The notes below the pieces were generated by a model. That model did no database searches. It had not been told where the DNA came from and saw only the letters and a program-made list of their open reading frames with translations. The position numbers and the translations under genes were made by a program. Below, one piece after another: positions 27,251-39,008 of a DNA stretch of 64,000 nucleotides. This DNA is from Sediminibacterium sp. Its GTDB lineage: Bacteria; Bacteroidota; Bacteroidia; Chitinophagales; Chitinophagaceae. The stretch spans positions 15,281 through 79,280 of the forward strand of contig JAGOAO010000006.1 of the NCBI GenBank assembly GCA_017983845.1, in the 5' to 3' direction. Each line of letters opens with the position of its first letter. Within the stretch, counting starts at the first letter, position 1.

Positions 27251-27979
27251 TTATAAATGTAAATAGTAATCCTTTAAAAGCGCAGTAAATTCTGCAGTGT
27301 AAGATTGATCTGCGTTTTTGATAATAAGCTTAGTTCTTAAAATACTTGCTTCAGATTGCTTAACAAACTTCAGCATGGCTCTAATAGGAAGATGTTTCGC
27401 ATCATTGTACATCAATACTTCTTCGGCCAATTGCATCCCATGATTGCTTGCTAATTTTTGCATCGTGTAGGCCCTTAATGTGGGCACTAATACATACCAA
27501 GCACCATGCGCTTGTAATAATTCACCAGCAGCTTTTGCTAATTCCTCCCAAGGCAAGGCAACACTATGTAATGCTACATTTTTAGCGGCATCTGGCGAGG
27601 TTAAATCACCTTCATAAAATGGCGGGTTGGTGATGATACAGTCATAGAGTAGCTGTTGAAAATTCGCAGCATAATCTTGAATGGGTATATGTTCTACCAA
27701 CAATCTATCGCACCAAGGACTGGCTTCAAAATTGGCTTTTGTTTGTTTGAATGCACCTGCTTCAATTTCTATAGCTGTCATAGTTGCGGTTGATTTCTGG
27801 GCCAGCATCAAACTCAATAAGCCAGTACCAGATCCAATATCCAATATCTTTTGCGCAGTTTGTATTTGAGGATCTTGGGCAGCCCATGCACCAAACAAAC
27901 ATGCATCAGTACATACTTTCATAGCAGTATGTTCCTGATGCACGGTAAATTGTTTAAACTGAAAATAGGGGTTCGCCAC
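27251..27979 (-). CDS. trmN6: tRNA1(Val) A37 N6-methyltransferase (TrmN6/YfiC family)
   Basis: FQFKQFTVHQ..AMKVCTDA, ILDIGSGTGLLSLMLAQ and IITNPPFY. Confidence 0.85.
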   Translation of the reverse strand: MANPYFQFKQFTVHQEHTAMKVCTDACLFGAWAAQDPQIQTAQKILDIGSGTGLLSLMLAQKSTATMTAIEIEAGAFKQTKANFEASPWCDRLLVEHIPIQDYAANFQQLLYDCIITNPPFYEGDLTSPDAAKNVALHSVALPWEELAKAAGELLQAHGAWYVLVPTLRAYTMQKLASNHGMQLAEEVLMYNDAKHLPIRAMLKFVKQSEASILRTKLIIKNADQSYTAEFTALLKDYYLHL

Positions 27980-27981
27980 TA

Positions 27982-28743
27982 TTAGTCAGCAGTTATTCCA
28001 GCTACGATATACTCTTTGTTTAAACGAGCAATGTTCGCTATTGAAATTTCTTTAGGACAAGCAGCTTCACAAGCACCTGTATTGGTACATGATCCAAAGC
28101 CTTCCTTATCTAATTGTGCCACCATATTGGTTACACGTGTTTTTCTTTCTGGGCCTCCTTGAGGTAATAAAGCTAAGTGAGATACTTTGGCACTCAAGAA
28201 CAACATAGCAGAGCTGTTTTTACAAGCGGCTACACAAGCTCCACAACCAATACACATTGCAGCAGCAAATGCTTCATCTGCCTTTGCTTTCTCAATAGGT
28301 AAAGAGTTACCATCTACGGCATTACCAGTGTTTACGCTAACGTATCCACCCGCTTGAATGATTCTATCGAAAGCAGATCTGTCTACTGTTAAATCTTTAA
28401 TCACAGGGAAAGCATTTGCTCTCCATGGTTCAATCACAATGGTATCATTGTCTTTGAATGCACGCATATGCAATTGACAAGTGGTATTTGCTTGCCAAGG
28501 ACCATGTGGCTTACCATTGATATACATAGAACACATTCCGCAGATACCTTCTCTACAGTCGTGATCAAATGCTACCGGTTCGCCGCCAGTGGTAATTAAT
28601 TGTTCATTTAAAATATCCATCATTTCTAAGAAAGACATTTCATCAGAAATATTCTCCACTCTGTACATTTCAAATGCACCAGCAGTTTTCGTATTTTTTT
28701 GACGCCAAACTTTTAAATTCAAATTCATAGTAGTATGTGACAT
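27982..28743 (-). CDS. sdhB: succinate dehydrogenase/fumarate reductase iron-sulfur subunit
   Basis: [21 protein letters not shown] and [12 protein letters not shown] Fe-S motifs; start ATG 28743. Confidence 0.95.
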   Translation of the reverse strand: MSHTTMNLNLKVWRQKNTKTAGAFEMYRVENISDEMSFLEMMDILNEQLITTGGEPVAFDHDCREGICGMCSMYINGKPHGPWQANTTCQLHMRAFKDNDTIVIEPWRANAFPVIKDLTVDRSAFDRIIQAGGYVSVNTGNAVDGNSLPIEKAKADEAFAAAMCIGCGACVAACKNSSAMLFLSAKVSHLALLPQGGPERKTRVTNMVAQLDKEGFGSCTNTGACEAACPKEISIANIARLNKEYIVAGITAD

Positions 28744-28750
28744 GGCAATA

Positions 28751-30724
28751 TTATTTATAGTTTCTTTGAGATGGTTTAATAACATCATATTTCAATTCCT
28801 CTTTGTGTAAAGCCCACTCATGTTCAGCTTTTGCTTCCCATGCAGCAACATACATAAAGTTTTCATCGTCTCTTAATGCTTCACCTTCTGGTGTTTGGTA
28901 TTCTTCTCTAAAGTGACCTCCACAGCTTTCTTCTCTAGCTAAGGCATCTACGCACATTAACTCACCTAATTCAATAAAGTCAGCAACACGGTTGGCTTTA
29001 TCTAATTCAGGATTGTATTCGTTGATTTCGCCTGGGATTCTAACATCAGACCAGAATTCTTTTTTCAATGCTTGTACTTCTGCAATGGCTTGTTTTAAGC
29101 CTTCTGCGTTTCTAGCCATACCACATTTGTCCCAGATAATTTTACCTAGACGTTTATGGAAACTTTCAACAGTTTGCTTTCCGTTGATATTCTTTAGTGT
29201 AGCAATTCTTTCTGCCACTGTTTTTTCAGCAGCTTCAAATGCAGGATGTGAAGTAGGGATAGGCGCATTGTAAATCTCATCTGCTAAGTTGTTACCTAGT
29301 GTGTAAGGGATCACAAAATAACCATCCGCTAAACCTTGCATCAATGCACTTGCACCTAAACGGTTGGCACCGTGGTCGCTAAAGTTGGCTTCTCCTAATG
29401 CATACAATCCTGGAACAGAAGTTTGTAATTCATAATCTACCCATAAGCCGCCCATAGTATAGTGTACAGCAGGATAGATACGCATTGGCACTTCGTATGG
29501 ATTTTCTCCAGTGATTTTTGCGTACATGTCAAATAAGTTACCGTATTTTTCTTTCACTACTTCTTTTCCTAAACGGATAATTTCGTCATGCGCTACATTG
29601 CTTAATCCTTTCTTGCTTACTTCTGTTTTACCATAACGCTCAATGGCTGCAGCATAATCTAAATAAACAGCTTGCTTAGAAGTACCCACGCCATAACCTG
29701 CATCACATCTTTCTTTTGCAGCACGAGACGCAACGTCACGTGGTACCAAGTTACCGAACGCTGGATAGCGACGCTCTAAATAATAGTCTCTTTCTTCTTC
29801 TGGTATTTCATTCGCTTTTCTGTCATCCCCTTGTTTTTTAGGCACCCAAATACGACCATCGTTTCTCAAAGACTCTGACATCAAAGTCAATTTAGATTGA
29901 TGATCTCCACTTACTGGAATACAAGTAGGGTGGATCTGAGTGAAACAAGGATTCGCAAAGTAGGCACCTTGTTTGTGTGCTTTCCATGCAGCTGTTACGT
30001 TAGAGCCCATTGCGTTGGTAGACAAGTAAAATACATTACCATAACCACCAGTACACAATAAAACAGCATATCCAAAATGACGCTCTAATTCACCCGTCAC
30101 TAAATTTCTTGCGATAATTCCTTTTGCCTTTCCATCTACTTTTACTACGTCTAACATCTCGTGACGTGCAAACATTTGCACATTACCCAATGCTACTTGA
30201 CGCTCTAAAGCTTGGTAAGCACCAATCAATAATTGTTGACCAGTTTGACCAGCTGCATAGAATGTTCTTTGTACTTGAGTTCCACCAAAAGAACGGTTAC
30301 TTAATAAGCCACCATATTCACGTGCAAAAGGCACACCTTGCGCCACACATTGATCAATAATATTAGTAGACACTTCGGCTAAACGATGCACATTCGCTTC
30401 ACGTGCACGGTAGTCACCACCTTTGATCGTGTCATAAAATAATCTGAATACGCTATCACCATCATTCTGATAGTTTTTAGCAGCATTGATTCCACCTTGT
30501 GCAGCAATAGAGTGCGCACGACGAGGTGAATCCTGAAAACAAAATGCTTTTACTTTATACCCCATTTCTCCAAGTGAAGCAGCAGCAGAAGCACCAGCTA
30601 AGCCAGTACCTACTACAATTACTTCCATTTTTCTTTTATTTGCTGGGTTGACCAATTTGCAATGGCCTTTGTAATCTTCCCATTTATCATCAAGAACACC
30701 TGCAGGAATTTTAGCGTCTATCAT
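28751..30724 (-). CDS. sdhA: succinate dehydrogenase/fumarate reductase flavoprotein subunit
   Basis: [17 protein letters not shown] (covalent FAD His), QIHPT, VHYTMGG, HGANRLG and EESCGGHFR. Confidence 0.96.
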   Translation of the reverse strand: MIDAKIPAGVLDDKWEDYKGHCKLVNPANKRKMEVIVVGTGLAGASAAASLGEMGYKVKAFCFQDSPRRAHSIAAQGGINAAKNYQNDGDSVFRLFYDTIKGGDYRAREANVHRLAEVSTNIIDQCVAQGVPFAREYGGLLSNRSFGGTQVQRTFYAAGQTGQQLLIGAYQALERQVALGNVQMFARHEMLDVVKVDGKAKGIIARNLVTGELERHFGYAVLLCTGGYGNVFYLSTNAMGSNVTAAWKAHKQGAYFANPCFTQIHPTCIPVSGDHQSKLTLMSESLRNDGRIWVPKKQGDDRKANEIPEEERDYYLERRYPAFGNLVPRDVASRAAKERCDAGYGVGTSKQAVYLDYAAAIERYGKTEVSKKGLSNVAHDEIIRLGKEVVKEKYGNLFDMYAKITGENPYEVPMRIYPAVHYTMGGLWVDYELQTSVPGLYALGEANFSDHGANRLGASALMQGLADGYFVIPYTLGNNLADEIYNAPIPTSHPAFEAAEKTVAERIATLKNINGKQTVESFHKRLGKIIWDKCGMARNAEGLKQAIAEVQALKKEFWSDVRIPGEINEYNPELDKANRVADFIELGELMCVDALAREESCGGHFREEYQTPEGEALRDDENFMYVAAWEAKAEHEWALHKEELKYDVIKPSQRNYK

Positions 30725-30774
30725 AGTTAATCTTTTATCAATCAGTTAATGAAAATTGTGTTGTTTGTATCGAA

Positions 30775-31473
30775 TTATTTAATCCAATCAAAATAAAAGC
30801 TAATTGGCATCAATGCAAAAAGCAATGGGATAAAAATGGCAAAGCCATATCCAATACTTGTAATCATTGTATGGTATCTTTTATTGTGCACCCCAATAGT
30901 TTTGAAAGCACTTTGGAATCCGTGTGCTAAGTGATAGCCTAAAGATCCGCAAGCTAAAACGTACAACACAACAATATAAGGATTGGTAAATACGATATCC
31001 ATCTCTGCATATAAATTATGCAAGATCACACCATTGTGTTCTACTTCGCCTAAAGCTTGAATAGAACCAATACCGCCCAATCTACTTGGCGTCCAAAAAT
31101 GGTAGATATGTGCAATTAAGAACATCAGGATTAATGTACCTAATACGGCCATGCTTCGGCTATACCATTTACTTCCTTTGTCATAACTAACGGCATAACC
31201 CACAGCTCTTTTACTTCTATTTTCAAGGGTCAATAAATAACCTTGATAAATATGTAAGAAGATGCCAAGGAACAATCCAATTTCTAAAATTCTAGGTACA
31301 GCATTGCTACCCATGAAATGTCCAGCTTTGTTGAACATTAAACCACCATCATTTGCCCAGATGGTTGCATTCAATCCAGCATGTACAATTAAGAAAAGAA
31401 TTAAGAAAATACCTGTGAATCCCATTACCAATTTTTTCCCAACGGAAGAGGTAAACATTTGTTTGAAAGTCAT
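30775..31473 (-). CDS. sdhC: succinate dehydrogenase cytochrome b subunit
   Basis: SSVGKKLVMGFTG, heme His-containing TM helices (LIVH, LHIYQG, IAHIYHF, GYHLAHG); first gene of the sdhCAB operon. Confidence 0.9.
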   Translation of the reverse strand: MTFKQMFTSSVGKKLVMGFTGIFLILFLIVHAGLNATIWANDGGLMFNKAGHFMGSNAVPRILEIGLFLGIFLHIYQGYLLTLENRSKRAVGYAVSYDKGSKWYSRSMAVLGTLILMFLIAHIYHFWTPSRLGGIGSIQALGEVEHNGVILHNLYAEMDIVFTNPYIVVLYVLACGSLGYHLAHGFQSAFKTIGVHNKRYHTMITSIGYGFAIFIPLLFALMPISFYFDWIK

Positions 31474-31664
31474 AGTAGATGATTTAAAAATCTGCGCAAA
31501 AATACGGATCAAATAGATAGGTTTCTTTCTATGTTGCTTATTTTTAGCACAATAGACAAAAAACTTCTACAAACTGCTCATCGGCTTTTAGGTTAATTCA
31601 GCCCTTTTATCAACCGCCCTTCAATAATTTAGGGCCATACAAATGAAAATCCTAATTTTACGAT

Positions 31665-32912
31665 ATGATTAAAGTTTTAGGGATCCTATGGAATAGCTTT
31701 AAAATGGCACTACAAGAGCTAAAAGTAAATAAGTTAAGAACCTTTCTTTCCTTATTTGGTATCACTATTGGCATCTTCTGTATCATTGGTGTGCTTGCAA
31801 CCATTGACAGCTTAAAATCAAAGGTAAAGAGTGACTTATCCAGTTTTGGAAGCAATACAATCTATATAGACAAATGGGATTATGCAGGTGGACCTGATTA
31901 TCCTTGGTGGAAATTCGTGAAAAGGCCCTCTATGAAGATTTCGGAGATGGAGATGGTGAAAAAGAAGAGTAGCTTGGCTGCAAATACGGCATTCTTTACT
32001 TCAACTAGTGCCACATTCACTTATGAGGAGAACGTATTAAAGGGAATTAATATATATGGTATCTCTGAGGAATTTAAAGACATCCAGGCATTTAATATTG
32101 GCTATGGTCGCTATTTCACAGAATCAGATTTTCAGCGAGGTATACCAGTTGGTGTAATTGGTTCTAAAGTATCGGAAGAACTTTTTGGTAAACCGGAAAA
32201 AGGTTTAGGTAAAGTGGTGTCTTTTAATGGTCGAAAATTAATGATCATAGGGATCATCGAAAAACAGGGTAGTAGCATCATTGGTGGATTTGATTATGAC
32301 AGAACCTGTTTATTTACCTACAATCATTTTGCTTCCATTTACAATCCTGATAATTACAATCCATACATTATGGTGCAGGCAAAACCTGGCATCACTTCAA
32401 AAGCATTGCAAGAAGAATTAACGGGGGTGATGCGTCAGTTAAGAAAGTTGAGTCCTACACAAGAAGATAATTTTACTTGTAATGATGTAGCGCAATTTAA
32501 AGACCAAGTAGAGGGATTCTTTGGATCTGTAAACCAAGGTGGATGGGCCATTGCGGGTTTGTCTTTATTAGTGGGTGCATTTGGTGTGGCCAATATTATG
32601 TTTGTAACAGTGAGAGAAAGAACTAGTCAAATTGGTTTGAAAAAAGCCATTGGTGCTAAAAGTTCAACCATCTTATATGAGTTTCTTTTAGAGAGTGCAT
32701 TCTTATGTATTGTGGGCGGACTGGTTGGCTTATTCTTAGTCTGGTTACTGACATTGGCATTAAGCTCTGTACTACCTTTCCCAATTACCATTGCGCCAAA
32801 TATTATTTTCATGGCATTGAGTTTATGTATTGTTTTAGGGGTGATTTCTGGCATTATTCCAGCAAGAATTGCCGCTAGAATGAATCCTGTAGAAGCCATC
32901 AGATCTAAGTAA
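31665..32912 (+). CDS. ABC transporter permease (MacB/FtsX-like)
   Basis: NKLRTFLSLFGITIGI, NIMFVTVRERTSQIGLKKAIGA and PARIAARMNPVEAIR. Confidence 0.9.
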   Translation: MIKVLGILWNSFKMALQELKVNKLRTFLSLFGITIGIFCIIGVLATIDSLKSKVKSDLSSFGSNTIYIDKWDYAGGPDYPWWKFVKRPSMKISEMEMVKKKSSLAANTAFFTSTSATFTYEENVLKGINIYGISEEFKDIQAFNIGYGRYFTESDFQRGIPVGVIGSKVSEELFGKPEKGLGKVVSFNGRKLMIIGIIEKQGSSIIGGFDYDRTCLFTYNHFASIYNPDNYNPYIMVQAKPGITSKALQEELTGVMRQLRKLSPTQEDNFTCNDVAQFKDQVEGFFGSVNQGGWAIAGLSLLVGAFGVANIMFVTVRERTSQIGLKKAIGAKSSTILYEFLLESAFLCIVGGLVGLFLVWLLTLALSSVLPFPITIAPNIIFMALSLCIVLGVISGIIPARIAARMNPVEAIRSK

Positions 32913-32942
32913 GTTTATCTAATTATACTTTACCTTTGCGGG

Positions 32943-33962
32943 GTGTTAAAACCAATCACCATTTTAGCGATAGAGTCTTCATGTGATGAAACTGCTGCGT
33001 CAGTGATCATTGATGGACAAATTCATTCCAATTTTATTGCCAATCAATTGGTACATGAAAAATATGGAGGAGTTGTGCCAGAACTTGCTAGTCGCGCGCA
33101 CATGGAAAATATAGTTCCTGTGGTAGAAGAGGGGTTGAAGAAAGCATTTCCTCACTTGAATCATACCGAGCGTTTAGCGCAACTAGATGCCATTGCTTTT
33201 ACACAAGCACCTGGCTTAATTGGAAGCTTATTAGTAGGTGCTCAATTTGCTAAATCATTGGCATTGACCTTAAATAAACCATTGATAGCAGTGCATCATA
33301 TGCAAGCGCATGTACTGGCAAATTTAATTGACGAACCTCGACCTGCATTTCCTTTTTTATGTTTAACAGTGAGTGGTGGACATACTCAAATAGTACAATG
33401 TGATAGTCCGTCTCAATTAACCATTATTGGTCAAACCATTGATGATGCTGCGGGTGAGGCTTTTGATAAAATTTCAAAACTACTTGGCCTACCTTATCCT
33501 GGTGGCCCTGTTTTAGATAAATTGGCGCAATTAGGCAATCCAAAAGCTTTCGAATTTGCAAAGCCAATGGTACCAGATTTAAACTATTCTTTCAGTGGTT
33601 TAAAAACAAGTGTCTTGTATTTTTTACAAAAACAGGAACCTGGTTTTATTGAAGCCAACTTGAATGATTTATGTGCTTCAGTTCAATATACCATTGTTGA
33701 AATTTTGATGTATAAATTGAAAAAAGCAGTGATTCAAACGGGTATCAAGCAAGTTTGTATTGCTGGTGGTGTGAGTGCGAATTCAGGTGTACGCAATGGT
33801 ATAGAAGCTTTGGGGGTAAAAATGGGCTTTAAAACCTATCTACCCGCTTTCCAATATTGTACCGATAATGCTGCAATGATCGCGATTACAGCACATTATA
33901 AATATATCAATCAAGCATTTGAGCCTTTGTCTACATCTGCACATGCAAGATCCGATTGGTAA
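32943..33962 (+). CDS. tsaD: tRNA N6-adenosine threonylcarbamoyltransferase
   Basis: ILAIESSCDETAA, PELASRAH, VHHMQAH, SGGHT, DDAAGEAFDK and CTDNAAMIA; GTG start. Confidence 0.97.
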   Translation: MLKPITILAIESSCDETAASVIIDGQIHSNFIANQLVHEKYGGVVPELASRAHMENIVPVVEEGLKKAFPHLNHTERLAQLDAIAFTQAPGLIGSLLVGAQFAKSLALTLNKPLIAVHHMQAHVLANLIDEPRPAFPFLCLTVSGGHTQIVQCDSPSQLTIIGQTIDDAAGEAFDKISKLLGLPYPGGPVLDKLAQLGNPKAFEFAKPMVPDLNYSFSGLKTSVLYFLQKQEPGFIEANLNDLCASVQYTIVEILMYKLKKAVIQTGIKQVCIAGGVSANSGVRNGIEALGVKMGFKTYLPAFQYCTDNAAMIAITAHYKYINQAFEPLSTSAHARSDW

Positions 33963-33972
33963 GTGGAAATAA

Positions 33973-35631
<1,659 letters not shown>

Positions 35632-35765
35632 GCTTAAAAAGGATTAAAAATCAATCTTTTAGCAATAAAAGACCTTTTTTATTCGTTTGAAAGAAAAAAA
35701 CATTAAAAAAATGGGACCGTAAGGTATAATTACTTACCTTTGCCGTCCGTAAAAAATTATTTCTC

Positions 35766-36002
35766 ATGGCTAGAGTATGTCAGATAACTGGAAAGAAGCC
35801 GATGACTGGAAACAGCGTATCGCATTCTAACATTAAAACAAAGCGTCGTTTTCTTCCGAACTTACAAAAGAAGCGTTTCTACTTTGTTGAAGAAGATCGT
35901 TGGATCACTTTAAAAGTATCTGCTGATGCTTTAAGAACTATTAACAAAAATGGTTTAGCAGCAGTAGTAAAAGATTTAAGAGCCGCAGGCGACAAAATCT
36001 AA
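35766..36002 (+). CDS. rpmB: 50S ribosomal protein bL28
   Basis: [10 protein letters not shown]...[16 protein letters not shown]. Confidence 0.98.
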   Translation: MARVCQITGKKPMTGNSVSHSNIKTKRRFLPNLQKKRFYFVEEDRWITLKVSADALRTINKNGLAAVVKDLRAAGDKI

Positions 36003-36039
36003 GTAAATAATCATTAAGTATAACTTATAATATACCATC

Positions 36040-36222
36040 ATGGCACGTAAAGGAAACAGAGTTCAAGTAATATTAGAGTGCACAGAGCACAAGACTACTG
36101 GTTTACCAGGGACTAGTCGTTATATTACAACTAAGAACAAAAAGAATACTCCAGACCGTATGGAGTTCAAAAAGTATAATCCAATTTTGAAAAAAGTAAC
36201 TGTACACAAAGAAATTAAATAA
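36040..36222 (+). CDS. rpmG: 50S ribosomal protein bL33 (no complete Zn-binding Cys set)
   Basis: [10 protein letters not shown]...[21 protein letters not shown]...HKEIK. Confidence 0.98.
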   Translation: MARKGNRVQVILECTEHKTTGLPGTSRYITTKNKKNTPDRMEFKKYNPILKKVTVHKEIK

Positions 36223-36224
36223 TC

Positions 36225-36398
36225 ATGGCAAAAGCAGCTTCTAAAAACGCGAAAATCAAGGATCTTAAGGCTTCTGCTGAAGCTAAAAACTGGACTAAAG
36301 TAATTAAAGCAGTACGTAGCCCTAAAACAGGTGCGTATACTTTTAAAGAGTCTATCGTTTATAAAGACAATGTAAAAGAATTCTTAGCTGGTAAATAA
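36225..36398 (+). CDS. DUF4295-family protein, Bacteroidota-specific ribosomal protein bL38 (57 aa, absent from the ORF track)
   Basis: Read by hand: MAKAASKNAKIKDLKASAEAKNWTKVIKAVRSPKTGAYTFKESIVYKDNVKEFLAGK; third gene after rpmB-rpmG; SPKTGAYTFKE motif. Confidence 0.85.
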   Translation: MAKAASKNAKIKDLKASAEAKNWTKVIKAVRSPKTGAYTFKESIVYKDNVKEFLAGK

Positions 36399-36432
36399 TT
36401 ACCGCTATTGATTTTCGTAATCAATATTATTC

Positions 36433-36466
36433 AAAACCTTCTCTTTCATTAGAGAAGGTTTTTTTA
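36433..36466 (+). terminator. Rho-independent terminator of the rpmB operon
   Basis: AAAACCTTCTCT-TTCATT-AGAGAAGGTTTT hairpin followed by a T run. Confidence 0.85.
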
Positions 36467-36492
36467 TGTAGTAAATCACTAATTTTGTACCT

Positions 36493-37458
36493 ATGAGCTT
36501 TTTAGGAAAACTATTTGGGAAAAAGGAACAAGAAACATTGGATCAAGGTTTAGAAAAGACCAAACAGGGCTTTTTTGAACGTATATCTAAAGCTATTGTA
36601 GGTAAAACTTCGGTAGACGACGAGGTATTAGATCAATTAGAAGAAGCTTTAATAGGTGCAGATGTTGGAGTTGATACTACTTTGGCTTTAATAGAACGTA
36701 TCCAAGAAAGAGTCAAGAAGGATAAATATGTATCCACTACAGAATTGAATCAAATCTTATACGATGAGATTGCAAATTTATTGGTAGATGCCCCACAAGA
36801 TCTTACTGGTTTTCAAGTTCCTGCAGATAAAAAACCTTTTATCACATTGGTAGTTGGGGTCAATGGTGTGGGCAAAACTACTACCATTGGGAAATTAGCG
36901 CATCATTTTAAAGCAGCGGGTAACGAAGTGTTATTGGGTGCTGCTGATACATTTAGGGCCGCAGCGGTAGATCAATTGACTATTTGGAGTGAAAGAGTTG
37001 GTGTTCCTATTGTAAAACAAAATATGGGGGCTGATCCAAGTTCTGTGGCATTTGATACAGTACAATCTGCATTGGCCAGGAAATCTGATATTGTTTTTAT
37101 TGATACTGCGGGACGTTTACACAATAAAGCACACTTGATGGATGAATTGAACAAGATCAACCGTGTGATTCAAAAACAAATACCTGATGCACCGCATGAA
37201 GTGCTATTGGTTTTAGATGGCTCTACTGGTCAAAATGCATTAGAACAAGCCAAGCAATTTATGGCTGTAACCAATGTCACTGCATTGGCCATTACTAAAT
37301 TAGATGGGACTGCCAAAGGTGGTGTACTGTTGGCGATAGCACATCAATGTAAAATACCAGTAAAATATATTGGTGTAGGTGAGCAATTGGATGACCTCAT
37401 CCTATTTGATAAAGTGGCTTTTGTAAAAACCTTATTTAAAGGTGTAGCGAATGCCTAA
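36493..37458 (+). CDS. ftsY: signal recognition particle receptor FtsY
   Basis: GVNGVGKTTT, DTFRAAAVDQL, DTAGRLHNK, TKLDGTAKGG and IGVGE. Confidence 0.98.
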   Translation: MSFLGKLFGKKEQETLDQGLEKTKQGFFERISKAIVGKTSVDDEVLDQLEEALIGADVGVDTTLALIERIQERVKKDKYVSTTELNQILYDEIANLLVDAPQDLTGFQVPADKKPFITLVVGVNGVGKTTTIGKLAHHFKAAGNEVLLGAADTFRAAAVDQLTIWSERVGVPIVKQNMGADPSSVAFDTVQSALARKSDIVFIDTAGRLHNKAHLMDELNKINRVIQKQIPDAPHEVLLVLDGSTGQNALEQAKQFMAVTNVTALAITKLDGTAKGGVLLAIAHQCKIPVKYIGVGEQLDDLILFDKVAFVKTLFKGVANA

Positions 37459-37974
37459 ACCGGCCCATCCACTCTCAAAATAACTCGATCCTACAATATT
37501 AAATGAAGGTTGCCAGTCTAAACTAAGGTTGAGTGGTGCATTCTTTATTTTATAATCCAATCCTAAAACGCCATCGACACCCAATGCGATCCCAGCATCA
37601 TGCGTAGGATTGTTCTTTTTCCATTCCTCACTCCAAAGGCCTAAGTGTCCACCGTATCCAATATACCAGCTCAATTGGTCAGTATTTGCGAATGGGCTAT
37701 ACTTTTCAATCAATACGGTAGCTCTAAAGCCATCTAGTGTAAAATAGCCAAGTGCTTCTATAGCCTTAGTGTCCGTTAGAAAGGATTTATAAGAGATGGC
37801 ACTAGGGTACATTTTGACACCAATTGCTTTTTGATATCCTGTAGTGTATGGGCCAGTTTTTTTTACAGGTTCTAAACTATATGCTTGCGCTTGCACTTGT
37901 ACATTGAAGAGTCCTAAAATTGGAATAAGTAAAAAGGGGGTTATTCGCATAGAATTAGATTTTGAGGGTCTCAC
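37432..37974 (-). CDS. hypothetical exported protein, probable small outer-membrane beta-barrel
   Basis: Signal-peptide-like N-terminus (VQA/Q), amphipathic beta-strand pattern, C-terminal LGIRYTF. Confidence 0.65.
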   Translation of the reverse strand: MRPSKSNSMRITPFLLIPILGLFNVQVQAQAYSLEPVKKTGPYTTGYQKAIGVKMYPSAISYKSFLTDTKAIEALGYFTLDGFRATVLIEKYSPFANTDQLSWYIGYGGHLGLWSEEWKKNNPTHDAGIALGVDGVLGLDYKIKNAPLNLSLDWQPSFNIVGSSYFESGWAGLGIRYTFK

Positions 37975-38038
37975 AAATTTAGGACTAAGGGCTTAAACAA
38001 CTGTTTAAAAAATGGTAAAATTTGGGTAAGTTTGTAAC

Positions 38039-39004
38039 ATGCATCCTTTTCAAGAATTGATCGAAAAATTCAATAAAGATTTCGATACCCAACATTTTCC
38101 ATCACAGCCAGCAAGTTTGTATGAGCCAAGTGAATATTTTTTAAAAATTGGGGGAAAGCGTATCCGTCCAGTTTTATGTTTATTGGGGAATGAATTATTT
38201 AGTGAACTGCATCCAGATGCTTTTTTAGCTGCGAATGCGGTGGAATTATTTCATAATTTCTCCTTGGTACATGATGACATGATGGACGAAGCGAGTTTAA
38301 GAAGAGGCCAACCAACAGTGCATACAAAATACGACTCCAATACGGCACTATTAGTGGGAGACATTATGGTCATTAGGGCCTATGAATACCTGCAACCTAT
38401 TCAGTCCAATCATTTGTCAAAAATTTTAGGGCTGTTCAACCAAACCGCAAGAGAAGTTTGTGAAGGGCAACAACTGGACATGGATTATGCAAAAAGAGCC
38501 AATGTCACATTAGATGAATACATCCATATGATCACTTTGAAAACATCTGTGTTACTTGCTGCAAGTTTACAAATGGGTGCAATCATTGGTGGAGCAGGTG
38601 AGCATAATTGCAAGCATTTATATGAATTTGGAAAGAAGCTTGGTATTGCTTTCCAGATTCAGGATGATTATTTAGATGCATTTGGTGATGCCAAATTATT
38701 TGGCAAAGATGCAGGGGGAGACATCAAACAAAATAAAAAAACCTTTTTGTTAATTCGTGCCTTAGAAACAGCTGATGCACAACAATTAGAAAAACTGAAT
38801 GCACTCTTAGCTTCTGATCCAGCAGATAAAGTAGACCAGGTATTAGACATTTTTAGAGCATGTAAAGTAGATGCTTGGGCAGAAGATTTGAAACAAAAAT
38901 ACATGCTAGAAGCATTGGCTCATTTAGAAGCCATTGCAGTCATATCTGCAAGAAAAAAACCATTGATCGATTTGGCGAATTATTTAATGAACAGAATCCA
39001 ATAA
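38039..39004 (+). CDS. polyprenyl diphosphate synthase (IspA/GGPPS family)
   Basis: GGKRIRP, FSLVHDDMMD (FARM), EGQQLDM, KTSVLL and FQIQDDYLD (SARM). Confidence 0.92.
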   Translation: MHPFQELIEKFNKDFDTQHFPSQPASLYEPSEYFLKIGGKRIRPVLCLLGNELFSELHPDAFLAANAVELFHNFSLVHDDMMDEASLRRGQPTVHTKYDSNTALLVGDIMVIRAYEYLQPIQSNHLSKILGLFNQTAREVCEGQQLDMDYAKRANVTLDEYIHMITLKTSVLLAASLQMGAIIGGAGEHNCKHLYEFGKKLGIAFQIQDDYLDAFGDAKLFGKDAGGDIKQNKKTFLLIRALETADAQQLEKLNALLASDPADKVDQVLDIFRACKVDAWAEDLKQKYMLEALAHLEAIAVISARKKPLIDLANYLMNRIQ

Positions 39005-39008
39005 TTAT

